Shown here one piece after another: positions 14,701 to 27,100 of a DNA stretch of 59,338 nt; the first letter of the stretch is position 1; the number at the start of each line of letters is the position of its first letter. The stretch lies in the NCBI GenBank assembly GCA_943704415.1, contig CALSCO010001064.1:1-59338 (forward strand), given 5' to 3'. The notes under the pieces are model-generated. The model saw only the letters and a list, made by a program, of their open reading frames with translations. It had not been told where the DNA came from and made no database searches. The position numbers and the translations under genes are program-made. The DNA is from Parvularia atlantis. Lineage: Eukaryota.

Positions 14701-17332
14701 TCTGCACGTGCGCGATGTGGCGGATCTGCGGGTCAAACACCTCCGCGACCGTCAGCGTGTCCGGCCGCAGCCGGCTCGGGATGGAGAAGTGCGCCGGCAC
14801 GGTGTTGAACGTGGCTGCAAAGGAAGGTGAGCCTCACGTCCACTGGGCGCTGCCACTGCGCACCCAGATGGCCTAGGAAGCGGTCCGTCTCGAGCAAGAT
14901 GTTGAGGAAGTCGTGCAGCCGCTGCGTCCGCGCAAACAGGAGCTGGCCTGCGACCAGGCAGCCTCAGGCGTCAGGTGCGCACGTAGCACGGGCGCAGCGC
15001 GCGCACCCGTCACGCCCGTCGGCGGCTTCTGCTGCGTGAAGTAGTAGAAGAAGGCCGGCCACGACACGACGTCGATCTGGACACGCCGTCAGCATGCACG
15101 GCCGCGGGGCTCTGCAGGAGGTCGCACCTCGACACGTGGCGACTTGGACTTGTCCGTTTGCGCTTGCGCGGGTGTGCCGTTGCTGGCGCTCCCCGCTACC
15201 GTGCCTGCGTCCACTTGCCACGTCGCCTTGACGCGGTACTCGACCTCGACGTTCGTCTCCACCAGGAAAGTGAGCTTGATGTGGAGCTGGCGGTTGCGCC
15301 CGAGCACTTCAGCAAGGCAGACGCCCGCGCGGCGCCGCGCACCTTGGCCGACGCGCCCGAGCCTGACAGAAACACGTTTTGGATGCGGAAGCCGTCGCGC
15401 AGGCGTGCAGTGAGCAGGTTGTCGAGGTCGAGGTTGAGGTAGTACTCCTTGTACTTGGCCGTGAACTCCATCACGGGCGGCGGCGGCGCGGTCTCGTCCC
15501 ACGGGAACAGCGAGTCGGAGCTGCGCCCGGCGCATGGTCAGCAAGTTGCACGAGCAGGGTCGTGTGCGCACCTCGGTAACGACACGCCCAGGTTGGACGC
15601 CGGCAGCACACTCCGCTCCGACGGCCGGTCGTGCGGCCGCGTTCGGCCCAGCCGGTGCAGCAGGTCGAAGCGCGCGGTCTTTGTAGGCTGCGCAAAGGTG
15701 GCCGAGCGCAGCAGTGCGAGCTGGTGGTACCAGTTTGGCGCGGGCACGTCCGACGCCACTGCGCAGCGCAGCGGCGCGTGAGTGCACGGCCGTGCGGGCA
15801 AGCTGTGCGCACCGACGCGGCGCAGAACGCGCGAGCTGACGGGCGGCGGCAGCAGCGCGGCGCGGCGCACGGGCGAGGCGAGCTCAAGCGTGCTGAAGCC
15901 GGCCGAGAGCGGTGCAGCCAGCGTCGACAGGTCCTCGAGGTTGTCGTCGTCGCGCAGGGTCACGTTCGCGAGCTCAGGAAAGTCGTCGCAGTACGCAAAC
16001 TGGCCGCCCGTCGACAGCGCCAGGCACTTGAGCACGTCGTAGTCCGGCACGCGACCCAGCTCCGTGTCTTCGTGCAGCAGTCAGCGGGCGACGCGGGTCG
16101 CCATCGGCTAGCGCACGCACAGAGCGATGCGCCGTTTCGTGTTGCGCCGACGGCGACAGGGATGCACGTGATGTCGAGCTGGTTGAGCTCGCGCAATACG
16201 CCCTTGTCGAGCGTGCCGACTGGATCAGCCAGGCCCGAGCAGCCGTCCGAGAAGACGACAATGACTGCGTTGCGGCGCAGAGAATTTAGCGACGGCACGC
16301 CTGCTGCGGGCAGTGGCGCACCCGGCACCGAGTCGCGCGGCAGCAGCTCGAGCGCAAACATCGCCGCGCGCACAGCGCCCTGCAAGTTGAGATCGGGCTG
16401 GGCGGCGTCGCCGAGGGGCGAGCGCACGCCGCGACGAGCAAGCAGCCTGCACGCCACCCGGTGAGCGTCGAAGGCGCGCGGTCAATGTTTCCGCGGGCGC
16501 GCACTGTGCCAGGTGGTTTTCGTAGCGCGCCATGTGCCAGCGCAGGTGCTGCAGTGCGCTCTGGACGCTGCCGGGCGAGAGCTGGATGCCCTGCGCGAGC
16601 ACATAGGTCGACGGGGCCGCAGCGCCCGGCTCGGTGTCGCTCGTGCCCTCGGCCAGGACGGTCACAAACAGCTCAGGCCTCACCTGGGCAGCACTGACGG
16701 GTCAGTGCGCAGTGCGCGTGCGCAGGGACGGCGTGCCTCATAGATCTCGCCCGGCGCGTCGCCGGGGAGCGTGAACGGCTGGCACAGGCCGAGCAACAGA
16801 CGCTGGAGGCTGCGTGAGAGCGCGTGTCAGGGCGCGCATCATGGATAGGCGCACGCACCCGTCCCAGACGCACTCGAACAGCATTTTGGCGCCGTCCACG
16901 TGCGGCGCACACATCGACGGGCTCATGTCGAGCGCGACGGCGATGCGGTAGCGCGCGGCGACGATGGTCAGCTCGGCACACGGCTGCAGCGTCGGCGCCA
17001 GCTGCTGCTGCTGTTCGGTCGCCCGCTGTCGTGCGCGCAGGAGGCGCATGCACGTCGCCTAACCGACCGCCGTGAGCCGCGTCGGAGCCGCACGGTTAAG
17101 CAGGCTGACCTCGCGCGCGTCGGGCTGGCGCGGCAGGCCGCGGTACATGTGCTGCAGCGCCCACGTCTGCCACTCGGTCGACGTGAGCTTGAGCGGGTTG
17201 GACAGGAACAGCGTTGCCTCGTCGGCCGCCGACGCGCCGCCGCCGCTGCTGCTGCTGGGGGGCGGCTGTGCGGCCGTCGGCGCGGCGCGTCAGGAAGGTC
17301 GCGGCCGCCGCCATTGACGGCACCTCGGCCAT
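2713..17332 (-). CDS. SZT2: KICSTOR complex scaffold SZT2, very large multi-exon gene
   Basis: The N-terminus YRIAVALDMSPS...LLLGLCQPFTLPG...PELFVTV, the internal LLTARLRDGFRI and the C-terminus VNALTYFMWSKLLR* resemble SZT2 termini and motifs as recalled. Minus-strand exons with canonical introns run continuously over ~14.6 kb. Not every internal exon boundary was traced. Confidence 0.88.
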
Positions 17333-17420
17333 GGCGGGTGGCGCGTCGCTCGCGATTTGTGCGTCGCGCTTGGTGGTTGGTCGAGCAACCGTGATACGCA
17401 GCTGCATAGGCCTACCGGGC

Positions 17421-19627
17421 TCACTTGTTCGCAAGCGAGATCTGCTCGAGCTCCTGCCCGGTCGTCTCCTTGAGCATGAAGAAGAGCGCCGTGACCGAGA
17501 CAGCCGAGCACGCGGCAAAGCCGAGAAACGTCGGGCCCGTGCCGATTGCCGCCGTCACGGCCGGGAAGGTGAACGAGACGGTGACAACGAAGGTGTACAT
17601 CATCACTGCCGCGCCGCACCGCACGCGTCAGCCGCGCCGCGTCAGCCGGAGGGCACGCACCGAGGCAGTAGCCGGTCGCGCGCGCGCGCGCCTGCTGCGG
17701 GAACACCTCGGTGCAGATAATGAGGAAGAGCGGGCCCGGTCCGAGGTTCCTGCCGCGACAGCACAGCGTCAGCATGAGCGCCGTACGCAGTCCCCGGCAC
17801 ACGCACATGAAAAACACGAAGAGAAACAGGCCCGCGATCACCAAGATGCTCTCCGTGTCGCCCTCAAACAGCAGGTACGCCGCGCCGATGACGCAGTCGC
17901 TCACGAGCAGGCCCAGAAGGCCGATCAGGAACAGGGGCCGCCGCCCGACGCGGTCCGAGAGGAACGTGCAAAAGAGGTTGCTGACCGTGTTCCACACGCC
18001 CAGGCCGAGCGTCGCGATCACCGGCTGGAAGCCCGTCTGGCGGAAAACGAGCGGGGCGTAGAAGAAGACGGCGCCGATGCCGCTGAGCTGGTTGCCTGCG
18101 TGTTGCGCACACGCGCATGTTCAGCACTCCCGCAAGCGGACAGGAGCGCACGCGCGCACCGCAGCACAGCGCCACCGCCAGCAGCCACGCGCGCGGGTGG
18201 TTCGCAAACAGCTCTGTGATCGACATCGGCTTCTCGACGTCAGCCAGGTCGACGCTTTGGATCGCGGCCTGCGTCCCGTTCTCGAGCTCAAGCTGCACCA
18301 TCAGCGTCCCGCTGCTCAGCTCGGCCTCCCGCCGGCTCACGAACGCGGCGCGACGCGCGTCGACCTCGGCCTGTGTCGGCCGCGGCACGAGGTGCGCGAG
18401 ATCGCCGTCGTCGGCCATCGTCGGGTCGCGCGCGCCAAACCCGTCCGCGTCGGCGTCGTAGTCGTGGTTCAGTGCGGCGTGCTCCACGTCGGCCGCGGTC
18501 TTTTTGCCCACGCCAAGCAGCCCAAGCGTGCTCGAGCCCATGACGTTGAGCGACGACGGCAACGACACGGCCGCGGCTAGCAGCGCGTCGTCGTCGTCGA
18601 CCGTGTCTGCGAGCGGCGCGTACTTGGCGTTGCCGCCATCGCCCGCGGCACGCTCGGGCCCTCTCCCGTCGCCCTGCTGCACCCGGAACGCGCGCTCGCG
18701 CAGCTGCTGCCGCTCCCAGCGCGGCGACTCGGGCATGGCGAGCGCGATCAGCGTGGTGAACATTGCCGCAAACACGACGACGATGCCGAGCGCGAAGCTG
18801 GCACGCGCATCCAGTGTCAGCAGTTCCAGTGGGGTGTGCGTGTGTGCGCGGCACGCACCGGTACGGCCGCTCGTTGCCCTCGACCAGGAAGCCGACGCCA
18901 AACATGATGCACGCGCCGAACGCAATGCTCATGCCGTCTGCGCGCATCGTTGCGCCGTCAGCCGCCGTGCTCAGCACCGGCCCGCGCACGCACACGTCAC
19001 GCCGTAGCGTCCGCGGCGGCTGGCGGGGCTCATCTCGGCGATGTACGGCGGGACGACGCAGAAGATCATCGCTGTGGAGGCGGAGCGCTGTCAGCTGCCC
19101 CGCGCTCGGCGCACGGGCGGCGGAGAGCACCGTGCGGCAGGCCCTGGAGCACGCGCGCGACGATAAAGTGCTCGAACGAGCTGCGCGCAGTCGACGGGCC
19201 AATCAGCACAGCGCGCGGTAGTCGTGTGAGCGCACGCACCGTGCGAGCGCGGCGTGCACCGCGAGCAGCACGACGAGCGCGCTCGAGACGAGCGTGAGCC
19301 GGCGCCGCCCCCAGAGGTCGCCCAGCCAGCCCCCAAACGTGCAGCCAACGAGCGCGCCGATGATGAGCGACGCCTGCAGCGCGCCAGTCTGCGTCGGGCT
19401 GAGGCCCCACTCGACCGTCTGTGCCGCGCGCGCGTCCAGAACCAACGGAGCGCGCCGCGCGCCGCGCTCGCCCCGCGCACCATCGCCACGAGCAGCGTCG
19501 ACATCGCGTTGGCCGTCATGCCGATCAGCAGGCCCGCGCCCACCGCCAGCCCCAGCGCGACACGCTCGGCCGGCACGCGCAGCGGCGGCGCCCGCGCGAA
19601 CGCCTCGAGCCGCGCGGCAATGCCCAT
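17421..19627 (-). CDS. MFS sugar-porter family transporter, multi-exon
   Basis: Motifs GWLGDLWGRRR, MPESPRW, QLSGIGAVFFYAP, LSDRVGRRPL, EVFPQQARAR and KETTG, plus many hydrophobic helices. An alternative in-frame start exists at 19663. Confidence 0.9.
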
Positions 19628-19696
19628 GATCGGACAAAATGCAGCGGGACCCAATATGGCCATGAAGCGTGACAGCCGGTTGCACACTATCCGCAG

Positions 19697-20953
19697 ATGG
19701 CGCCGACCACGCAGCGGCCCGTGATGCCCGCGAAGCGCGACGGCGGCAGCGGCGGCATGTGGGCGGTCGTCGGGTGCGCGCATCGCTTCGGGCCGCGCCG
19801 CGCGCTGCGCATCGTGACGCGGGGGGCCGCAGCACCGTCGTCGCGACGGCCGTCGTCACCGCCGCGATCGTGCTCGGCGCGCTGCCGATGCTCGCCGCGC
19901 GGTTCAGGCTCGGCACGCTGCTGTACCAGCCCGACTACAGCCTGCCGTGGGTGCAAACGCTACAGCAGCAGATCGCTGCGTGCGTAGCGTGCGCGTGCCA
20001 ATACGCCATCCGCTCACAGAAGGGGGCCGAGCAGGCAGCAGATCACGCAGGCGCAGCGCTACGCCACAACGGCGCAGATGAAGATGATGTGGCAGACGCC
20101 GATGATGCACGTCAACGTCGCCGCGCTCGTCGGACCCGTGGACGTGCCCAAGTTCAACGCGCGCCTGGCCGCGGCCGTGCTGCACGAGTTTGGCAACCTC
20201 GTCAAGGCCAATCCGGACAAGCTGCAGAAGGACGGCGTGACGGCCAACGACGCCAACCAGGTCTTCTTTGAGTGGCAGAAGAACGGCGGCTGGGACGCCC
20301 TGCGCGCGACCAAGGAGGTGCGCATGCTCGAAGACTTTATCCAGACGGCCGTCGACAAGTACTTTACCAACATCGGCACGGACCCGGTGCGCGTGCGCGC
20401 GGGCTGCGTGGCGCCTGCTCACCTGGAAGGCAGAAAATCATTGCCGCGCGCAGCCGTGAGCTCGAGATCTGGGCAACCGTGCACGACCGCTGCGTCAAGC
20501 ACCTGGCGCACTGCCACCCGAGCAGCGTGCGTGGCGCGCCCAGTCGGTCGCGGCCGTTGCGTTTACTGTTCGCGCGCACAGCTCATCTCGGGCGTGTACT
20601 ACGTCAAGGCGCGCGAGACGCCCTGCGTGCGCTGCCGGTGTGCCGCTGCGCTGACGAGCGTGGCGCGCAGATGCCCGACGACGCCGGCAGCATCGTCTTT
20701 GACGACCCGCGCGGCCCGCTCCCGCCGTTCGACAGCAAGTACGTCATCCGTCCGCTGGCGGGCGACCTTGTCCTGTTCCCGAGCTGGCTGATCCACCAGG
20801 CACGTGCATACGCGCGCGCTCGCGTGGGCACTGACGCGTGGGCAGGTGTCGCCCACGCCTGGGTCGGAAGAGCGCATCTCGATTGCGTTCAACGTGCCGG
20901 GCAAGTGGGAGACGACTGTCGGCGTGTCCGAGTTCTTCGACATCAAGGACTGA
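19697..20953 (+). CDS. 2OG-Fe(II) oxygenase superfamily protein (TIGR02466-like) with N-terminal membrane anchor
   Basis: WATVH..HLAHCHP, ISGVYYV, IVFDDPRG, GDLVLFPSWLIHQV and ERISIAFN form a double-stranded beta-helix with HxH...H and R ligands. A hydrophobic segment (VVATAVVTAAIVLGALPML) lies near the N-terminus. Confidence 0.85.
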
Positions 20954-20999
20954 GCTCCGACGCTGGTCCACTGCGGTCTTGTGCTTGTTTTAGAGACGA

Positions 21000-22916
21000 A
21001 TGGTCGGCGTCACGATCGATCTGCGCGGCGCGGCGCGATCCGGCAACGACGCCCTCGATGCGGCCAAAGACCAGGCGCGCACCGATGTGCACGTGCACGC
21101 GCGCTCAACGACGCCGCAGCTCGTCCAGCAGAGCGGCTGCGGATGGACGCACACGCTCGCGCCGAGCGACCCGCTGCCCGCGTCCCTGCTGCTCTGCGCG
21201 CGGCTGCTGAGCGTCAACCAGATGGAGGCGCGCTACTGCTGTCGCCGCGTGCGCCGCCACGGGCTGAACGCGTGCCGCGACGCAGTGCTACGAGCTGCAG
21301 GGGCGCGCGGCCACGCTCGCGGGCGTCGTCAGCCCGCGCAACGAGCTTGAGACGCACGCGCTGCTGCGCGCGATGCTCCGCGGCCTGATCGGGCAGCACA
21401 CGGACGTGGCGCGTGCGGCGCTCGCGCGGCTGGCCGAGCTCGGCGCCGCGTACGTGGGCGCGCCGGGCGTCGACGGCACAATCGAGCCGTCGCGGGGCGC
21501 TGTTGACGAGCTGCAGGCGCTGCTGATGCGGAGCGGCGCCGTCGGGCTCGACCGCGTCGGCGCGGGCGAGTTTGCCGACACGACCGGGCGCGGGCTGTTC
21601 GCGCTGAGCGACGTTGTGCCAGCGGCTGAGAGCGACGCGGATGACACGCTGCTCGGCATCCCGGTGCGTCCGCGTGCACGCCGCAGCAAGTGCAAGGCGC
21701 TGACCGTTCGTTTGTGTGCAGGAGGCGTGGCTCGTGACGGCCAAGGCCGCGCTGCGCACCGCGCCCTTCGGCGCCGTGCTCAAGGCGATCGAGGGCCTGG
21801 ACGACGACACGCGCCTGTTCCTGTTTGCGATCTACGACGCCAAGGTCAATCGCGGCTACACGCGCTGGCGGGCGTACTGGGACGCGATGCCGGCGACCTT
21901 CAGCACGCCGCTGCAGATGGCGCCGGACGACCTGGCGCTGCTGCGTGGGACGGTGCTGCACGGCGCGGTGCAGCAGGCGGTGGCGCAGCTGGAGCAGGTG
22001 CGTCGCGCGTGCGCGTGCACCCGCTTCGTTGCGCGTACTGACGCGCCGGCCGGCAGATCCACGCCGCGCTCTTCCCACTCCTGTCGCAGCACTACCCCAC
22101 GCTCTTCCCGCCCGCCGTCTTCACGATGGACACGTTCCGTTGGGCCAAGTCGCTGCTCGACAGCCGTGCTCTGCGCGTCCTGATCGACGGCGAGCTGACG
22201 ACGTGCCTCGTGCCCTGGGTCGACCTGCTCAACCACCGCTCGAATGCGCACTGCTGGCGCCGCCGCTTCGACGACAAGCGCCGCCTGCTCCGTGTCGAAG
22301 CCAACATGCCCGTGGCCGCGGGCGAGCAGATCTTCCTCAGCTACGGCCCGCTGCGCAACTGGGAGGTGCGTGCACGGGGTGAGCGTGTCCAGTCGACTGA
22401 GGTCGCGCGAGCAGCTCCTGCAGGACTACGGCTTCGTGCTGGCCGGCAACCCGTACGACTCGTTTGCGATCGAGTTTGACGCGCCGAGCGACGGCAAGCG
22501 TGCGGCGGTGCGTGTGCATGAGGCATGACCGCAGACCTGTTGACGAGCTCGCGCAGGCCAAGCTGCTGCAGAAGCACGGCCTGACAAGCGACCATCACTT
22601 TCGCCTGGGCCAGCCGCCGACGCCGAGCTGCCTCGCGTACCTGCGCGTGGTCGTGGCCGACGACGCCGACCTGCGCGCGCTGAGCCGCGACGGGCTCGAC
22701 CCGCGCGCCGGACCAGTCAGCGCGCGCAACGAGCGCGAGATGCGCGCGCTGCTGCGGCACACGGCGCAGTTCCTGCTTGAGCAGTTCCACCCAGCTGCGG
22801 CCGACGACACGCTCGGTCCCGGCGCCGGGCCGCTCGCGCGCCTCGCCCACGCTTTCGCCAAGGACCAGCGCGCGATCGTGCAATCGCTGGTGGTGTGGGT
22901 CGACGCGCAGACGTGA
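21000..22916 (+). CDS. SET-domain protein methyltransferase (SETD3/Rubisco-LSMT-like)
   Basis: GRGLFA, FRWAKSLLDSRA, LVPWVDLLNH, GEQIFLSYG and LLQDYGFVLAGNPYD, followed by a substrate-binding-like domain (LAYLRV...VSARNE). Confidence 0.9.
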
Positions 22917-22964
22917 CGGTCCCCCAGATCTCTGTGTGTGACCAGGAGCAACTATCCGCGCCCC

Positions 22965-23002
22965 TGTTCTCTCACTCTCTTTCTCTCTCTTTCTCTCTCT
23001 CT
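22965..23002. repeat. Pyrimidine-rich (CT)n tract between two convergent genes
   Basis: ttctctcactctctttctctctctttctctctctct is directly visible. Confidence 0.7.
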
Positions 23003-23026
23003 GCCCTCGCGCCCGCGCCCGCTGTT

Positions 23027-23865
23027 CTAGACAGAGCCGAGCTCAATGTTGTGCTCGGCGACGCGCTTGAGCTTGCTGTGTGCGGGGCAGCGTCAGCCGG
23101 CGCGCCAGCGGGGCGGCGCAAGCGCACGCACGTCGGGTCGCGTGTGAACGGCATGACCTTGCCGTACATGCTGCGCTCGGCATTGCTGCGCGCAACGCGC
23201 GCGTACGCTCGCATCAGGCGCGGAGGTTGAGACGAGCGCAAAAAGGACGCACCGCTCATCGCACTTCTCCTTCATCCGCCGCAGGCGCTTGTGCGCACCG
23301 TCGCGCAGCACGTCCTCGCTGACCATGCGCGACTCGATCCACGCCGTGACCGGATGCGTCACCTCGGCTGCGACGGCCGTGAGCGACAAACGGAGCCGCC
23401 CATCGGCGCGCACGCTTCGGCTCGGCCTCGGCGGGCTCGGCGGCGCCGTGCTTGTTGACGTGGCTGTTCCAGAACAGCGTCTTGTCGCCCTCGCCCCACG
23501 GGAACGGCTGCACGCGGCGGGCTGCTGAGCGCGCGCAGAGGGCGCAGCCGGCGAGCGGCACCTTGTTGCGCACGCCGATGTAGGTGCCGTACTTGGGCGA
23601 GTCGTCCTGGTGGTGCGCCGGGTGGCTGGCCGCGGCGACGATGACGTTGCCGGCGATGAGCACGCACGCCGGGATGGCCACGGCCAGCGACACGCGGCGC
23701 CATGTCTCGCGCGCGGCTGCAAACGACAGCGGCATTGAGCACAGCTCTCGCGCGTGCGCGCCACGCACCGCGCGCCGTCGCCTCCTCGGCGGTCTCGTGC
23801 AGCACGTGCGCGACGGCGCCGTGTTGCTGGTGCCCCGCGTGCGCCGCGGCCGACGACGCCGCGGC

Positions 23866-23911
<46 letters not shown>

Positions 23912-23946
23912 AGGCCTCGCCGAAGCAGAAGACGGACGCCCACCAT
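23027..23946 (-). CDS. COX6A: Cytochrome c oxidase subunit 6A (Cox13-like) with ~70 aa C-terminal extension
   Basis: Presequence-like MVGVRLLLRRGLAS, then WRRVSLAVAIP transmembrane helix and the Y..[22 protein letters not shown] signature. Further spliced exons extend to ...HNIELGSV* (TAG at 23027-23029). Confidence 0.88.
23867..23908. repeat. (GAC)14 microsatellite encoding poly-Ser in the COX6A N-terminus
   Basis: Perfect trinucleotide run. Confidence 0.9.
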
Positions 23947-24136
23947 GATGCGCCGCGTCCGATCAAGTCTCAGGTGCCAGGCGTGGCCGCGCCCGCCACA
24001 CCCTGCCGCGCCGCACTCACAGACACGCAATAGACGTGGCCGTGCATCGCCATATTCGTATGAGTGCGACGGCGAGAGCGACGGCGGGTGTGGGCGCGCC
24101 GTCCACGGTGGGGAGCGCATCATCAGTTTCGCAGGC

Positions 24137-27100
24137 ATGCAGTGGCCGCAGGCGTGGCACGTGATCGCCCTGCTGGTGGCGGCGCGCGCGTGCGCTGCGG
24201 CGGGCCCTGCGGTCGGCCAGGTGCGTCGCGCGGCCTGCTGCTGCTGCTCCTCGTGGTGCTGACGGTGAAGGCGGCGCGTGCCAGTTCGGCACGGACGCGG
24301 CCGTGGTCAGCGTCGTGTACCTCGGCCGCACGCAGGTGCAGCGCGAAGTGTCTCGTTGCACGACGCGCGTGTGCTGACCTGTCCGCGGGCCACCAGCACG
24401 TCCTGGCGCACACGAGAGAGCGCGAGGTGTGGGCGAGCCACGACGAGGGCCGTGCGTGGGCCGAGCACACGGCGCTGCGCGGCAAGGCCGTGCGCCTCGT
24501 GCCGCACCCGAGCGACGACGCGCAGGTGCTGCTGGCTCCCTCCTGCATCGGCCGCGTAAGGCTCACGCGCGCGCAGGTCTACGTGCTCGGCGACGGCCTC
24601 ACGCACTGGCGCACGACCGACGGCGGCCGCACCTTCGCGCCCCTCGCCGCGCCCGCGCGCCCGTCCCTGACCACCGGCGCCCTCGAGCTCTCGTCCGCCC
24701 GGCCCGACTACGTCATCTACCACGGCCAGGCGTGCGGCAACTACACGGGCGCGCCACCGCTACAGTGCTGGGACACGACGGCGCGGATGGCGCACGACAA
24801 CGGCTTTTGGCACGTCTGACGCGCACATCCGGCGCGCAGGCGTACGTCTCAATTGACGGCGGCGCGTCGTGGCGCATGATCATGGAGCGGGTCAGCCACG
24901 TGCGTGCGCGATCGCCGCGGGCGGGTGTGCGCACGCCCTCGCAGTGGCTGATTGCGGGTGGTGGCGCGCAGTGTCAGTTTGCCATCAACGGGCGGTTTCA
25001 GGGCGCCGCGCCGGAGACTGTCTTCTGCGGCCACGCGCTAACTGATCGGTGGGACGACGTGCGTGCACGTGCACGGCGGCGTGGCACAGCGTGACCTGAG
25101 CGCCCGCGCACGCAGGAGTACGCCGTCTACCTCATGCGTAGTGACAACCTGTTCGACCCGGCCTACCCGTCCAAGTGGATTTTCCAGCGCTACATGATCG
25201 ACTTCTTGGTCGTCGCCGACTACCTGCTTGTGGCGTCGGTGCGTGTACGAGCAGCGTCGCGTGCGCGTCGTGACGCCGGTGTGCGCCCAGCCCAACACGG
25301 ACGGCACGGTCGACTTGTACACGTCCAAGGACGGCATCGGCTTTGTCAGAGCCGCCTTCCCCGCGGGCGACACGCTGAACGAGCATGTGCGCGGCACCGT
25401 GGCGGCCGCGCTGCTGCTGCTCACGCACGGTGCGGCAGGACTACCTCTTCCTCGACTCGAACGAGGGCACGATGTTGATGGCACTTGTGGCCTCCTACGG
25501 CAGCGGGCTGTGGGCGCACCTGGTCTCGTCGAGCTCGAACGGGCACTACTTTGTGACCAAGCTGGAGCACGTGCACGCGCTCGGCTACACGATCGACGTC
25601 GAGAACATCGCCTCGCTCGAGGGCGTCGTCATCGCCAACGAGCTCGTCAACTGGGACACGGCCTCGGTTGACGATCGCCAGGTCCGCACGCTCATTTCGT
25701 TCAACGATGGTGCGTGCGCACCCGCGATCTGCAGCGAGTGACACTGCACCGCCGCTCAGGCGCCGTCTGGCGCGGCATCCCGGCGCCTGACCCGTCGGCC
25801 TGCGAGCCGACCGTGCTGGAGGTGCCTGCCCCATCGCCGCTGCTGTTGGTGCTGCCGCGCACGCCTCACGCCTCGCCGCTCCGACCGCAGTGCCAGCTGC
25901 ACCTGCACGGCAACACCGAGCGGCAGCAGGTCGGCGCCATCTTTTCGTCGTCGAGCGCGACGGGCCTCGCGGCGGGCGTGGGCAACGTTGGCGCCGAGCT
26001 GACCGACTACAGCCGCGGCGACACGTACCTGACAAACGACGGCGGCATGACGTGGCGCATGGTGCACTCGCACGCGATGGCGGCTGCCGACCACCCAGCT
26101 GAAGCACACGCGCAGATCCGCCGCGGACCGCACTTCCACGAGTTTGGCGACCACGGCGCCGTGATCGTAATCGTGAACGACCTTGACCCGACCGACCACG
26201 TGCGGTGCGCGACGGCGGTGTGGCGTGCGCTGGGCTGCGTTAACGCCTTGCACACAGGTACAGCTACGATGAGGGCGAGACGTGGACGTCGCTCACGATC
26301 ACGCTGCCCGGCACGCTCGTGCGTTGTTTCGACCATGCGCATGCGCGTGGCGTGCGGCTCATCGGTCGCGCGATGCAGATGCGCGTGAGCGAGCTGACAA
26401 GCGAGCCGAACGCGGAGAGCCTCGTGTTTGTGCTGCACGGGTACCTGTACCGCAATGGGACCAACACGGGCGAGTACCAGGTGCGTGGTGTTGTGCGCGC
26501 ATGTGCGCGTGTCAGGAGCGCGCTCATCACTCGCGCGAGCACAGCTGATTTCCATCGACTTTGCGCCCGAGCTCACGCGCCAGTGCACCGCGAGCGACTT
26601 TGAGCCGTGGCAGCTCGTGATCGACAGCGACGCTCAGGACCGCTGCGTGCTCGGTCACGAGGCACGTCGCGCCGCTGCGCTGCATGGCTTGCTCTGACGC
26701 CGTGCGCAGATCACTTACCGTCGCCGCAAGCCGTCGTCCAAGTGTTACATCACCGACAAGCACGAGCTCGTCGAGACGGTCATCGACCACTGCCCGTGTT
26801 CGGCCAAGGACTACGAGTGGTGCGTCGCGGCACATGAGCACCGGGCGCCGCTCAGCCGCGTGCTCCGCTACGGCCACAGCGACATCAACTTTGCGCCGGC
26901 GACAGTCGCGGGGCAGCTCACGTGCACGCGCATGCTTGGCACGTCCGACCTGCCCGCCAATTGCACACTGAACCAGTACTACAACAGCTCGAGCGGGTGC
27001 GCAGCGTCAGTGTGCGTGAGCGCTTTGTGCACGCCTCACCGTCGCGCGTAGCTTCCTGCTCAACCCGGCCAGCACGTGCGTCGGCGGCCTCACGCTCGAC

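Noticed and set aside
22494..22534. Candidate GC-AG intron in the SET gene
   Set aside because: It gives the wrong frame, whereas a GT-AG intron at 22508-22556 restores the protein.
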